64,000 nt of DNA from the NCBI GenBank assembly GCA_030141605.1, contig JAQGDQ010000015.1:682001-746000 (forward strand), read 5' to 3'. Below the pieces are notes generated by a model. The model did not search any database, was not told the origin of the DNA, and saw only the letters and a program-made list of their open reading frames with translations. The position numbers and the translations under genes were made by a program. Below, in pieces: positions 40,101 through 52,342 of this stretch (its first letter is position 1; every line of letters starts with the position of its first letter). The stretch comes from Tubiluchus corallicola. Its lineage: Eukaryota; Animalia; Priapulida.

Positions 40101-43100
40101 ATATTTAATTTTATTCATGACAGATGCATTGAATCTTCCATTATACATGTTGAGAAATATATATATGTGCATTTTACTTTACAAAGTCCCAACTGTTATG
40201 GGAAACACTCAGGCAGGGCAAATGAGCTGTTTTATGCATAGACTTTTACACTGTGTAAAATAAAAATAAAGTGTAGTTGCATTTCTGAAATGTAAACTTT
40301 GACATGTACTAGATTTGGTTACTCCTCATTTTTAGTTAGCTGGTTTTTTCTGAGTAGTAAAGTTAATTGAAACATTTTGTTTCCCGTCACTAGATGGCGA
40401 AATGGTACTGCAAGCTTGGTTTAACATTTATATTGGGGTGTTGTTACATCGCATACAGGTTGCGCAATCAGAAGCCTGCTATTTGATTCTTTGTTCTTGC
40501 GATTCATGACAAAACGAGTCTTTGCTATTGAAATTATGATAGAAATCTACCATACTTAACTATTTATTAAACTGTAAAGTAACTGTCTCCATTTTTTGTA
40601 TTTTGAATAAAATCCGTTCTTGTATGCTTTCATCTGTAACTATTTCTAGTTTTTGGCATGGAACTGGGTAAACTATTTAATGACAAGGAATTTGCTGATT
40701 ATAATAGTTACAGTTCTGAATAAACTTGAGAACCACATATGCAATGTAGTTGTTGTGCAGCCATGTCCCAAACAGTCAAAACAATGAATTTTTGTTGTGC
40801 CCATATATCAAACAGTCTAAACAATTAACAATGAATTTTTGTTGTGCCCATATATCAAACAGTCTAAACAATTAACAATGAATTTTTATATTGTTCCCAT
40901 ATGTCAGACAGTCTAAACAATTTAACTAAGTGCGAATGACAGAACATTAATGGCAAATATATTTTCACTATAATTTTTAGTCAGTTCTGGGCAGAATTGA
41001 CCAGTTGTTAGAATAGGGTTCCACGTCCTGTCCGGTGTTTACAATTAGTCTTTCTCTCATAGTTCTTCAATGAACGATCAGGTCTGCCCAAAACTCAGAT
41101 GAATGTCTCTAAGACATGCCACAGCACCTCATGCAATAAAATCCATGATTTTAAGCATCCATTTTTAATTTTTATTTAATTACTTTATTCATAAATTCAT
41201 TTTCAAAAATCTATAGTTCTGAAGCTAGCTCTCATAGCTAGTGTTTCCAAATTAATTGTACAGAATCTAGAAATGTATACCTGTCAATTGTCTGAGCGAA
41301 TTTTGTATTAATAATTGAAAGTGAAAGTGCTTATAACACATACAAAGGACTATTATGAAACATTTAATTATTTTCTATGGCTTAAACTACGGTACAAACT
41401 TGTTCAGTAATTATATTAGTAACAAAATTTGTGTTTCTTGTTATTCATGAGACATGTGAACAATGCCTGTTGCAGTTTACATTTCATCACTGACCTTATA
41501 GTTATGCATTTCCTAGAAAATAGGGTAAAAAGTTTTGAGAAAATAAACTCAATTTTTTTTATAATAGTTAACTACTGTAGCATTTATTATTAGTTAACTT
41601 AGCTTGGTTAGCTTGTTGTTACTACTTCACAGAATTAAAATCTACCCTTAGTGTCTAATTTAAATTTTTGTTTGTTGCTTTGTTTTGGTGTTATGGTGTT
41701 TTTCTGCATTTAAGATGGTGCAAAGTCCGTGAGGTTACTGCTTGATCGGCTTTTTTTTTGATATGTAAAGTTTTTGAAACTGCTATAATTTGCAAATATT
41801 GATGATAAATCATTGTTGTAGTCGGCTTTTCCTGAATAATCAGCAATCCTGTTTTAGTGATAAATGTGCCACCAAAACTTAAGCATTCCAGATATTTATA
41901 TTAATACTGAAAGTGCTGGGATATTGTATAAAACAAGTAAGGACCCTGATAATTCTTGTGACAAATCCGCTGTTCCAGATACATGATAAAATGCTTTTTC
42001 AATGAAAAGGTCACTGAGTCTTTTGGTCTATGCATTTAGCGATCGCATACGCCTTATGGTCGCCATGACAACAGGAAGCCGAGGAAGATGCAGTTTTGTT
42101 CCGTTTTTAGAGCTTATCATTAGCGCAAATGTCATGAATAGCTTTACCCGAATTCTCAACTGAATAAATGGATAGATAGTCTGTGAAAATCTGTCACATC
42201 AATGTTTTTAAAGGTATATTTATTACTTAGAATAGCTAGTCCCAGACATGTGCACAATGGCATTTGCCTGGCTATCTGCAATTGTAGTTTTCAACTATGC
42301 GAAGCCATTGGCTTGAAATGGCATAATCAAACCAGGCACACTGATTTTGAAATTAATAAGCCATACAAATGACATCAGACATTTTATTGCGGGATGAAAA
42401 GTGAGTGGGGAGTTGATTTCAAAGAATAATAGAGACTAAAAGTGGCTTGAAACTGAACACTGATGTCTGAACAGTGCAAGACTTAGCTAAGTTTAATAGT
42501 ATCAGAGCGGTACAAGAGATTAGGTGTTGATGTCACGAATTGTTACAGCTTGTTCCCCCAACACATTAGCAGTAAATACACCTTGCTAAATGATGACTTA
42601 GGATCGAATCCAATTTTTCCTTTCAGACGACAATATCAACAACAGTGACGACAACGACATTGGTGGTGGTGGTGTCGTGATGGTACTGATGGTGGTGCTT
42701 GTGTTAGTGAACGGTGTTAAACAGAGTTGTGATTATTAAATTAGTATTGCCAGTTCTAATATTTCCATTTTCAAACACATTTTGTTTATTATTTTTTCAC
42801 TTATGGAGTGGCACTGGGTCAACAGCAAAGACCAGGCAAGATACAAAAAATTTGCACCATTCTACATGAAACAATGCATTACAAAATATGATTTTATAAC
42901 AAAAGAACAGTACTTGTTGATTTATTTACTTACAGTACAGTCTGCCTGTATTGTTGATGAATTTTTGAATTAATTTTTAAAAAAAACATTGAGCAAGATT
43001 AATGTTTTTTGCCAAGCTAAAAAAGTGGGAAAATTACCTAGCCCTGCCATTTAGCATTTACTCATTCAGTTTTTCAGTTGTAATTGGCTTCCCATACAAC

Positions 43101-46100
43101 AGGATTAGACGGCTGTTAAATTCATTTGATGCTTAGTTTACTTCAATAACAAATCTGTTACATAGTCCATCTGAAATTAATGGAAGCGAGTAAATTTGAT
43201 AGAATTTGGAATTGCGGGTGTGGTATATTAATGAACGGATTGGACTTGTGCTTGCGTTACCTGCGTGACAGATGGCACAGGTGTGCTGATGTACAGCCTC
43301 GGTGTAATTAATATTTAACATATGCACGCTGATGCTGCAGATGCCCGAACTATATTTATCCCTGGACGATGTCTGTTTCTAGGCAAGAAGGAATCCCTCT
43401 GCGGCCCGGAAAGTTATTAATGTCTGCCGCTAAATTATCTCGTTGCTCTAGTTGATGCATTTTAGGAACTCATCTAAGCATGAAGCTCAGGGACCAAGCT
43501 TTTTCAATAAGCAACTTCTTATAAATTGATAGTGCATGCGTGTACGACATTCTCATCTATGTCCGAACATTTTGAGCGATTGGTTATATCGCCATGATGA
43601 GCAAACGAAAAAGCATGTACATATGAATAAAAGAGTGAATAAATGACGAGTGAAGAAACGAATAAATGACTAATAAATAAATAAATTGACTAAACTATAG
43701 GTATACGCATCGCTGTGAACAAGCAATTAGGGAATGACAATATAACTTTTGCCTGCTTCCAAAAAGCTTCAAGTAACTTGATTACTATGTACGTTTTGCT
43801 TGTGGTGACTGGTATTTTGATCATTGTAATATAGGAAGCTATTTTTAATAGTTGTCATTCAGGTGTAACCTATTGCTTATATCATTGATACTTATGTGAC
43901 AGTATGTTAAGTTGTTTGTGTTCAAACTACCATTTTTACCTATTGTAACAGCGGTGATGATGATGATGATGGTGGTGGTGGTGATGGTGATGGTGATGAT
44001 GATGATGATGATGATGACGACGACGATGATGACGGCAATGATAACGATGATGACAAAAATGACAAAGGTGACTGTAATGATGATGGTAATGTTGACATGA
44101 AGAGGAGACGAATGAGGATGATGCTGGTGATAGTGATCTTGGTGTGGAAGCCTTAATTACAGCAATGACCACAGGGACATTGACAGTGTGGCCAACCACT
44201 TAGGATAATTTGGTAAGACGGCTTCCTGTTTTTCTCCTTATGTTTCAAGGAAATGAGCTAGAATAAGGAAATGGGAGACATGTGATTGTACTTCCTGCCC
44301 TTTCAAGTCATACTATTTCATCCTTATTTTGAGTTAAATTACTATATTAGTTTTTAAATAAACATTTTTGTGTAAAAACTTTTGCATAGATCTACTTGTG
44401 ATTTATATCAAGGTGCCATATTAGAGCAAAGAGGTACATTATTAACACGCTATTTATATCAGGTAAGTGTGGGTGTAGTGCTAAAAGTACTTCTAAATCC
44501 TGCAGACAAAATTCATTTCATGGTAAGAAGTATAAGGGGAACTTTACAATTCATGCCATATTAAAATTGAACCAATGCTTTGAAAATTCTAGTAATTCTT
44601 GAAAAGTGAATTCTTATTTAGTATTATTTGGTGCATTATAATAGCTCTTAAATAGTGTAATTAATTTTGATTAGCTTGCTAAAGGAAATTAAAAGGTTTT
44701 GCTTTCTTGTTTTTTAAGTAGGCCATTATTCGGTAACTTCAGTTTGTCTTCTTCTTGAACACAATGGCGTTTTTGAATGACTTTATTTCAACCCCTTCAG
44801 AATTGTGAAATTTGGGCTATTAGTAGTGTGTGTTTGCAAATATCTCTTATATTAATATTCTTGGTATATTTATATATATATACTGGCAATACATGATATA
44901 TATATAAGATTCGAGGCTACAGCCCGGACGAGGCCACAATTTGCGGCGATCTATATATCAAACGAATTGTAAAATTAATTACACATGAATTTTTGAGCAC
45001 ACTTTGAAGGAAAAGAGCAGGTTTTTAAATTTTCTACATTTAAAAACTCCCAACAAATTTGGTGTGCATTTCACTAAGGAGATCAACCAATTAATTATAT
45101 TTGTTTGGCTGTTGAAATATTAATTATAACTACTATAAATTTAGCTACTTAAATTTTAACCTGTACTGTTTAAGTATCAGTGTTTCACAATCATGTTCCT
45201 TGATCACAAGAGATTATTCCCATGAAGAGTGGAAAGTTACCCCATCATGTGATACGCCTGCATAATTCCTTGACAAACATGAATTTCATTATCAGTTTCT
45301 TATCGATAACCGTTTATGTGTTTATAAATAAACGATATCTGTTTTGGATGTTTGCCTATTTCAAGTCTTGTGATAGACCCGTGCATACATAATTGGAGAA
45401 TACACGTGGTTGTGGATAACGGCCAGGCATATATTATAGGCCTTACTGAGTTAACCAGCAATTACATGTAATGCTACTTTTAAAAAATATTTTGTTCATA
45501 TGAATGTGCGACTCGTTTGATACTCAATTTACAGATCGATATTCGGTAAGTGAATTTTTTTCGTGCATAAGATTTGTTACCCGTTAACATGGTTTCCTCT
45601 ACCTAGCTAGTGTTACATTTAAAACATTGAAAATTCCTGACTGTAGTCCTCGCGTGGCTCGGTAGCACATGAATAATTGCTAGGTAGCTTTAGTACCTGT
45701 TGAATGAGCATTGTTCTCGTTACCTTTTTATTGTTGAACTAGATTTAAAATTTGACATTAATAAGTTGCCTAATGCGTCAAGTTTAGCAGTTTGCATTTA
45801 AATTTTTTTTATTGAGAATATTAGTTGCCCTTTTTAGTTCTCATTTTGTATTTGTGATTATAGAAATAGCAACTTATCTAGACAGGAATTTTCTTGATGC
45901 ATTATCGTAGCGGTAGACATGTGATGCATACGCCTGTCATTTTATGTTACCTTGCAGTGTTTGCCCATGTTAAAGTTTGCCTTACACTGCATTCGTACCA
46001 GATAATCTTGCTGGGTTAATGTGCTCATTTTCTACTTCAGGCCAAAGCAATTCCGTTATCAAGGGTGTGGGTGATGGGAACATTTGCAGTTGTTGCCTGT

Positions 46101-49100
46101 CCTTAGTTGCTCAACCGCTTGATATTAGATTCTTGTCTAGCTATGAGGACCCCCTGAATAATGAGACTATTTATTCGCAGTTTTGACAGGTACAAATCAT
46201 GCAGCGTAGCCTCACGTGATGTCTTTGTCACAAACATAACTATTAACTTTAATGATACATCCAATACTGTTGTACCAGGCTTCGTTACTCGATATTTGCA
46301 GGCGCAGGTGATTAGATTATCTACTTGACCTAGTTCTAAGCAAATCCGCTCTTCCGTATCTTAATTAGCTCGGCTGCCTGTGGATTGCGAAAAAAACAAT
46401 CTCCTTGCGGAAGACAATGCGCCGCCTTACTCTGGACGGTTGATGAGATTTTGTACGTCATCACTGAAGCCAGTTTGTATTGATCAACGCGATGACCTAA
46501 AATGAAGCCAGTTACACAAAGACTTTTGCAGCAAATCCCTATTACGGCAAAGGAAATGGCAGAAATTGATTATACGCTTGGTCTTGTTAACGTTACTTCT
46601 CTCTAGCGTATGTTGTTGACCCAGTTTTTGCGGGAAAGTAATGAGATTTGGGTTTTATGGTTGTGGCTTCTCCCTGTTCTTTGTATGGCGATTAATATGG
46701 GTTTTTTTACCGTGACTGGTCTTTTGGACACCAATAAGTCAACATCGACGCAGTGAAATTTTTTTTCACCCGAAGACAAAATACATTTACCTAATAATAA
46801 TATCAATACAAACACTTACGCTGCGTGAGGCGAGTGTAGAACGTTACCAATAATAATACGGGCAAAAGCTCACTATTCAAAAAGTAATTATCCTAGGTAA
46901 AGAAACAATTGAAAAATTGTCCCCTCATCTGAGTGGTTGTTGAGGGATTTTTATTGGAATCAGTTTGGGAGTCCTTGCTCAGAAACAGTTCTGTGCTAAT
47001 ATTCTGTTGTCCCTGAATTTATATGTCAGACTTTTAAAATGAGTTTTAACGTATGCACATAACTCGACGTCTCACCAGGGTTGACTTGAAACAACATCAG
47101 TATTTGTGAGTCTAGCTGCTAGCAATCATTTGAGCACTCTTAAGGTCACTGTTTTGTTATATAGTTTGCATACATTCCTGTTAGTAACTGATTTTGTGAA
47201 TACATGAGTGGTTCAATTAAATAATTAGTAGCAAAATAAACTAAATGTTCAGAAAACACGACAAAAAATACTGATAAGAAAACAAAAACAGGTATTGTTT
47301 GGATACAAAGAAGCAATGCAATTGATTTAAAATTGAGTTAAAACGACTGACATTTCTTTCAATTGATTCTTCGATAAAAGATTAAAATTTCTATATTCTG
47401 TACAGCAGTTACTTATATGTTCTTTCGCAAAATTTATTCTGGCTAGCCACATCCTTTTGCAATCTTAAAAGTTAATACAGAAAATTTCTAAACACTTCTT
47501 GTCAGATTTGGTGCTCACTTTCAGTAACAATCTTGTACAAGTTGAAAACTTGCTATCATTACTAAGCTCCAAAAAATTAAGCAAAGTGCAACATGTAAGA
47601 TTTGTTTACTCATATTACATCCTTTGTTAGATTACCTCCTATTACCTTACGTTGGTTAATACAAATCATAATTTACATTAACAAGTTATACAAATGGCGA
47701 GATATTTTTACATATACGTTTATTCCTGTTTTTTAACTAGGCGTCATCGGTGGTTGTTTAGATTTGCTGAGACAGTGGTAACTGAGAAGCAAGAGAAACA
47801 CTTTGTCACTTTTCAGTATAGTCTCGCTTACAAAGAACGAGCCTGGTTACAACCTCGCGTAGGACTCGGAAACAAGCCACCCATGTACCCAATATTTTTA
47901 CTTTTTACTTTGATATAGTGGAGGGCGATTTCGGAAGTTCGCACAAGAGGGAGTGAAATGTTTTCGACCAATGCTTTCACATTGTGTGATATCTGGCATT
48001 ATAAAATAAATAAATAATGGGTTCATTAGAAAGTCACACCATAACGGTAAAACTGAATACAAGATGTGAATACAATAAAAATAGAAAAAGAGTCAAATAG
48101 CACATAAGAGGCATTGATAAAAATTTGCAGAAATAACATCACAGAGTCAGTAATTTAAAACCAATTGAGACAAATCTTTTATTATAATTTAGAAAGAAGT
48201 TCCTGATTACTATTTATAGTTCTAATTACAGGAGACATTGTCGAACGTTTGTAACTTTCTGTTCGCATTTTAGACATGACTAATTTACTGGAATTTTGAG
48301 TAATACGATGGCTTACCATAAGACTGTTGATGCTTTAGCATCCTACGTAAACACAACTCCTGGCGTTACAGTTATTATCATCATTGTAATTGCCATAATC
48401 ATCATACTCGCTCTTTAATTTGCAATCATCATCATCGTCATCATAACCATTTTCTCCTGCCTCTTGTTGTCGTTGAATATACGTGGTGCATACTCTGTTC
48501 ATTAATTCTGAAGATAATGTTAGTTTCTCATATGATATTTTTCATTTTGGCCTGTAACATTTCCAATCAGCTAATTTTAAGCTCTACTAATTTTTCATCA
48601 TCATTGTCACTTGTAGTTTAAAACGGTCGTTGAACGGCAAAAAGAAATCACTTGGAGTTCATTGAATTTTCCCCAACCGCTTTGAGCAGTTATTAAATAT
48701 TGATGTTTCGTTTGGATTCGTGTGTTTGGTGTACCATGTCGAGACATTCCGTCACGTGGCATGTTAGTTTCTTGCTGCTGGCTTCGCTGCTTGCGTCAAT
48801 TTTTTCAAGGTATAATTCTTCCCGTTTCTGTAATAAATACCTTACCTTGTGGTTTTTGTGACGCATACATTGCAGATGTTATTCTAACCGGCTATTGTTG
48901 TTATATTGTCTTTCAACTTTTACTTCAGATAATTTCCATAATAAAATATTGATTTGTAACATTTTGTCACAGTCTGACACTTCTTTCTTCCTATTATGGT
49001 AACTAGTTAAATAAGAAAACCTTACAAACTCATTGCTTCGCTGAAACGGTTTTTGATTATTTGTAACCACGAATGCTCTAAGGGAGACTTTTTTGTGGTC

Positions 49101-52100
49101 AACCTCGATGACAAAAACTGCAGTCGTATCGATGTCGATGAAGAGCAGCAATGTTAACCTGATTATGATGTTCAAGAAGAAGACAGTGGCAAGTGATAAG
49201 TGTGGTTGATGGAGATGACGAAGATGATAATGATGATGGTGGCGATGAAGATGATGATGATGATGGTGATGATGATGATGATGACGACGACAATGATGAT
49301 GATGCATGATAACAATGATGAAGATAAGTTGACAATAACGAGAACACGAAAACAACAGTGACAACAAAATACTAACGACAAAATCTGACGTTAACGGTGA
49401 TGATGACCGTGATGACAAATGATAACAACGACAGCGCCGACAGCAGGTAGTAGTGGAAAACATCTTGAGTGGGCTGGCTTTGTGGGGGTGTTGGCCGTGC
49501 ATTGATAAAAAGTAAACTTCATAGGCTGACAATGTAAGGTTGTAAATGTTCCATGTTCGCTGGCATCAGTCGTTTAGTTGCTTAATCTCTCTACTTCAAG
49601 TCACCATCACTTCACCACAAAGGCTTTTACTTAATGGGAAGCCAGCAAAAGTTGATGACACCTAAAAGCGTCTATATATTGCTGCTAATGTAACTTGGCC
49701 TTGCAATGCATAGTGTCTGGCGTACATTCTAAACTCTGATGACGTTTTATTAAACTTCTCAGGAGTAATGAACCGTGTCGTTCAACTCAAATGTATCTTT
49801 TCTGTAATAATTATAGAAGTTTTCGTTTAGCGGGACGTTGAACCTGCTAATAGGCCTATAGGTTGTTTGTGAAGCCACTTAAATTGTGATAATTATCACG
49901 CGTGTTGGCTTCTGTTTTTGTCATTCAGGAAGGTGAGTTGTCAAAAATGCCTGTTGTTTGTTGAGTTGAATATTAATTTTGTTTGTTGCTTATGGAAAAC
50001 TATGATCACATGGAGGGAGTTGTTTTACATACGTGGTGGTTTTGAAACGCTAGTAAGCAATAACATTATGTTGTATAATAAAAGTATAAATACCTGATTT
50101 GAACTCGATGCTATATGATATTCGCATGCTTATTAATATTTATTTTCTGGCTCATTTTTGCAGATTTTTAGCCTGTGTCCATGGAAATTGATAGGAAGTA
50201 AAATAACCAGAAAAGTACAAGATTATTTTCTGTAATTTGGTAATAATGAGAATATAATAAAAACGTATGATAAGCATCAATGAGTAGCTTTTCAGAAGAC
50301 ATTTGAGTAGCGCAAAATGTATCGTGTTTTTCCAGTGGAAAGAGATAATTCGTTAAAGTTAAATATTTTAAATATAGTTAATTTTGTTAATATAATTTAG
50401 TGAAGTAAACTGTTAAATATCAACGAATTGCCTACATAGCATAGTCATTTACTTTTTTCTACAGAAATAAAACTAAAGGCTAATACAAACAAGTTGACAT
50501 AATTAGTAATGTTGATTTAACAAAAAGTAGTGATATTAGATTTTTGGATACCAAACTTAATTGACTGTATATGGGGACAAGTCTGTGGAAGACCCAGAAA
50601 CCTAATGCTTTAAAGGCTGAAAGGTCAAGGTCACAGGGTTCAAAAGTGTCAAAAACGCATAGTAAAACAAAAACGGATCGAGCTATATAGTTGCCAGTCT
50701 TCTCAGTTGGCACCTGGATCAGATTTGTAAAATCTGGAAACCCATTTCCTGTGTTTAAAGAATCGTATAGCGTAATGCTGCAAGGTTCAAATGTAAAAAA
50801 ATCTATCTGCAAAACAACGTCAAAGCAGATGAAGATATAATTGCTAAACTTGGCACAAGGAAACCCATTGCTTTGGGTTCAAAAGGTTAAAGGTCGTGGT
50901 CTCAAGATGAAAATGTAGTAAATGAATTTTTTGCTTACAGTGACTTCGTTTGATGTTCATCGGTTTTGCAAAATGTGCATGGATAATTGCTGAAAAGCTT
51001 TAAACTGATACGTGCACGTTACGATGCTTCAACATTTATAGACTAACTTGATCTCCTGTTTTAATTTTAAATTTTTTGTTTGATTCAATTTTACGTGGAA
51101 ATATTTTTGCGTAAATGCTGTGAAGACTCTGAACTGGGACGCGGGTGTATACACACGCACGCACGCACACACACACACCACATACACTACACACACCACA
51201 CACATGCATGCACGCGCGCACACACACACACCACATACACTACACACACCACACACACCTCACACACACACATAGACGTAAAGGGAAAAAGTTGCACCAG
51301 AGCTACATGTACGTAAAATGTCAAATATCAGCATCCATAACGTTTTAAAACGTCATCGCGTGTCTTGAGAATTCATCTGTAGTAAGATTGAGCTGAGTTT
51401 CAGTCTCAGAATAGTGCGGTCAATGTCCTAAACTATTTAGATTTTGTTGTCAAAGTCTCACATTGTCGTATTGATCCTATTTCCTCTTGATAGGTCACAG
51501 ACATATTGCGTGAGAGTGACGGAAATGGGACTATTAATGGTTGCTTGTTGGTATCATGTTTTAACTATTGATAACTTGGATTTGAAACCAACAACATTGA
51601 TAGTGTGATTATCACTAGCTTACGCAGCTCATTGTAAATGAAGGAAGCATTTAAATCAATTCTAGCTGCTGTCCAGCCAACACGAATCTAACATTAACAA
51701 GTTTTATTTTCCTCGAATTAGAATAACTATTAATTACTTTATTAGACGATTTTCATAGTTCCGAGACACGTGACTAACATGCAGCAGACGGTTATGAATA
51801 GTGGTAGAAAGTTGAATTTCATTCTTTTATTCTTTGTACGATTTGGCCTTAGATAAATAGATCTGCGATGACAGGTGTATCTTAACTTTTAATAAATTTG
51901 TTTTGATTTGTAGCATAATTGATTGGGAACGATCTGCGCTATTAATAATATTGAAAACCATTGTGAAATTTGAAAAAACATTACAAAAGTGTTGGTGTTT
52001 TTACTCCCATAAAATTAAAAGCCGAAACACTACGTGGACGTACGTGCAAGTTTGGCGATCTGGGTTTGACATGCAGAAGCAGCGGTTGCTGTGTACTTCT

Positions 52101-52342
52101 GGATAGATCCTTTTCACATTGTACGAACTATATGAATGAAGTGATACCAAAATCCTTCGTTTCTAAAACGTGGTGTGCATGTTTTAATAGCCAGATTGCC
52201 AAAATTTCGTGTTTTGCCATTTCTTATACATTTCTTATACGTAGCATGGTATTTTCCTTTGCAGACATAGATCTTTACAATATCTACAGAGATACTGCTC
52301 CAATAAATGCTTTAAGGGAAGCAAGACAGCACTTGAAAAACG
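24781..52342 (+). CDS. PIK3R1: Class IA PI3K regulatory subunit p85-like protein (SH3-C1-SAM-C1-RhoGAP...), 5' part, 10 coding exons; 3' part not found in window
   Basis: In-frame exons: 24781-25114, 26063-26122, 31436-31486, 32945-33036, 33817-33951, 37836-37916, 38266-38413, 39058-39150, 39855-39959, 52265-52342. The SH3 has the p85-type insert and WLRGENERT..KGYFPCTYV followed by PPRPVPR. The symbol indicates family likeness; SH2 domains were not seen, so orthology is unconfirmed. Confidence 0.8.
26063..26122 (+). CDS. p85-like exon 2: start of C1 domain A (HTLRDVHNSLPTLCAYC)
   Basis: TTACAG acceptor, T|GTAAGT donor, phase 1/1. Confidence 0.88.
31436..31486 (+). CDS. p85-like exon 3: C1 domain A middle (KDFLWGSGDKIGSKCT)
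   Basis: TTGCAG acceptor, CAG|GTAAGT donor. Confidence 0.88.
32645..32867 (+). repeat. 45-bp minisatellite, ~5 copies
   Basis: Unit GAATTGT(A/G)TTGTCTGGTGATACTGTGTTGCC(A/G)TTAAAGTATCATG. Confidence 0.95.
32945..33036 (+). CDS. p85-like exon 4: end of C1 domain A (CGKMFHTMCSMFIANISC)
   Basis: Completes H-x12-C-x2-C-x14-C-x2-C-x4-H-x2-C-x8-C; GTG|GTAAGA donor. Confidence 0.88.
33817..33951 (+). CDS. p85-like exon 5: SAM domain (PVSKWTTEEVLQWL...FAQVF...IDG)
   Basis: SAM consensus WxxxxVxxWL...F....IDG; TTCTAG acceptor, GAG|GTAAAA donor. Confidence 0.9.
36244..36384. mobile_element. Small TIR element (MITE) enclosing degenerate (TAACCC)n repeats
   Basis: AGTTTACAATTCCCCACACA and TGTGTGGGGGATTGTAAACT are inverted repeats around CCCTAACC/TAACCC units. 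Confidence 0.65.
37836..37916 (+). CDS. p85-like exon 6: SAM C-terminal helix (LMGVLEEFHKQAILVSIDSL)
   Basis: Matches the SAM motif LxGxxxxxHxxxILxxIxxL; TTTCAG acceptor. Confidence 0.85.
38266..38413 (+). CDS. p85-like exon 7: C1 domain B first part (HQFQEH...CDKC...QGVVC)
   Basis: C1 consensus; TTCCAG acceptor, GAG|GTTGGT donor. Confidence 0.9.
39058..39150 (+). CDS. p85-like exon 8: end of C1 domain B (CGLQCHRSC...C)
   Basis: Completes the C1 Cys/His pattern; AAG|GTACTG donor. Confidence 0.9.
39855..39959 (+). CDS. p85-like exon 9: RhoGAP domain start (VFGVEL...CPLILQRCIDEIESRG)
   Basis: RhoGAP N-terminal consensus FGxxL...PxIxxxCIxxIExRG; AAG|GTGAGT donor. Confidence 0.92.
40750..40925 (+). 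repeat. 47-bp tandem repeat, ~3.5 copies
   Basis: Unit ACAATGAATTTTTGTTGTGCCCATATATCAAACAGTCTAAACAATTA at 40781 and 40828, with degenerate flanking copies. Confidence 0.9.
43954..44130. repeat. (GAT/GGT/GAC)n trinucleotide microsatellite
   Basis: Direct inspection. Confidence 0.92.
49180..49440. repeat. Degenerate (GAT/GAC/AAC)n trinucleotide low-complexity tract
   Basis: Direct inspection. Confidence 0.88.
50530..50900 (+). repeat. Interspersed repeat with AAACTT..-AGGTCAAGGTCA modules (Helentron/DINE-like non-autonomous element)
   Basis: Two modules CCAAACTT...AAACC..TTGCTTT..AAAGGT(C/T)AAGGTC; similar AGGTCAAGGTCAAA motifs at 59150-59380. Confidence 0.45.
51149..51272. repeat. (CA)n-rich compound microsatellite with an internal ~53-bp duplication
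   Basis: CACACACCACATACACTACACACACCACACACA occurs twice. Confidence 0.9.
52265..52342 (+). CDS. p85-like exon 10: RhoGAP arginine-finger region (DIDLYNIYRDTA...LREARQHL)
   Basis: Phase 1 acceptor TTTGCAG is in frame with exon 9; IYR motif; ACG|GTAAGT donor. Confidence 0.85.

Noticed and set aside
43912-44199. Poly-Met and poly-His ORFs
   Set aside because: Translations of a (GAT)n microsatellite
48879-49532. 217-aa His-rich ORF
   Set aside because: Arises from a trinucleotide low-complexity tract; no recognisable domain
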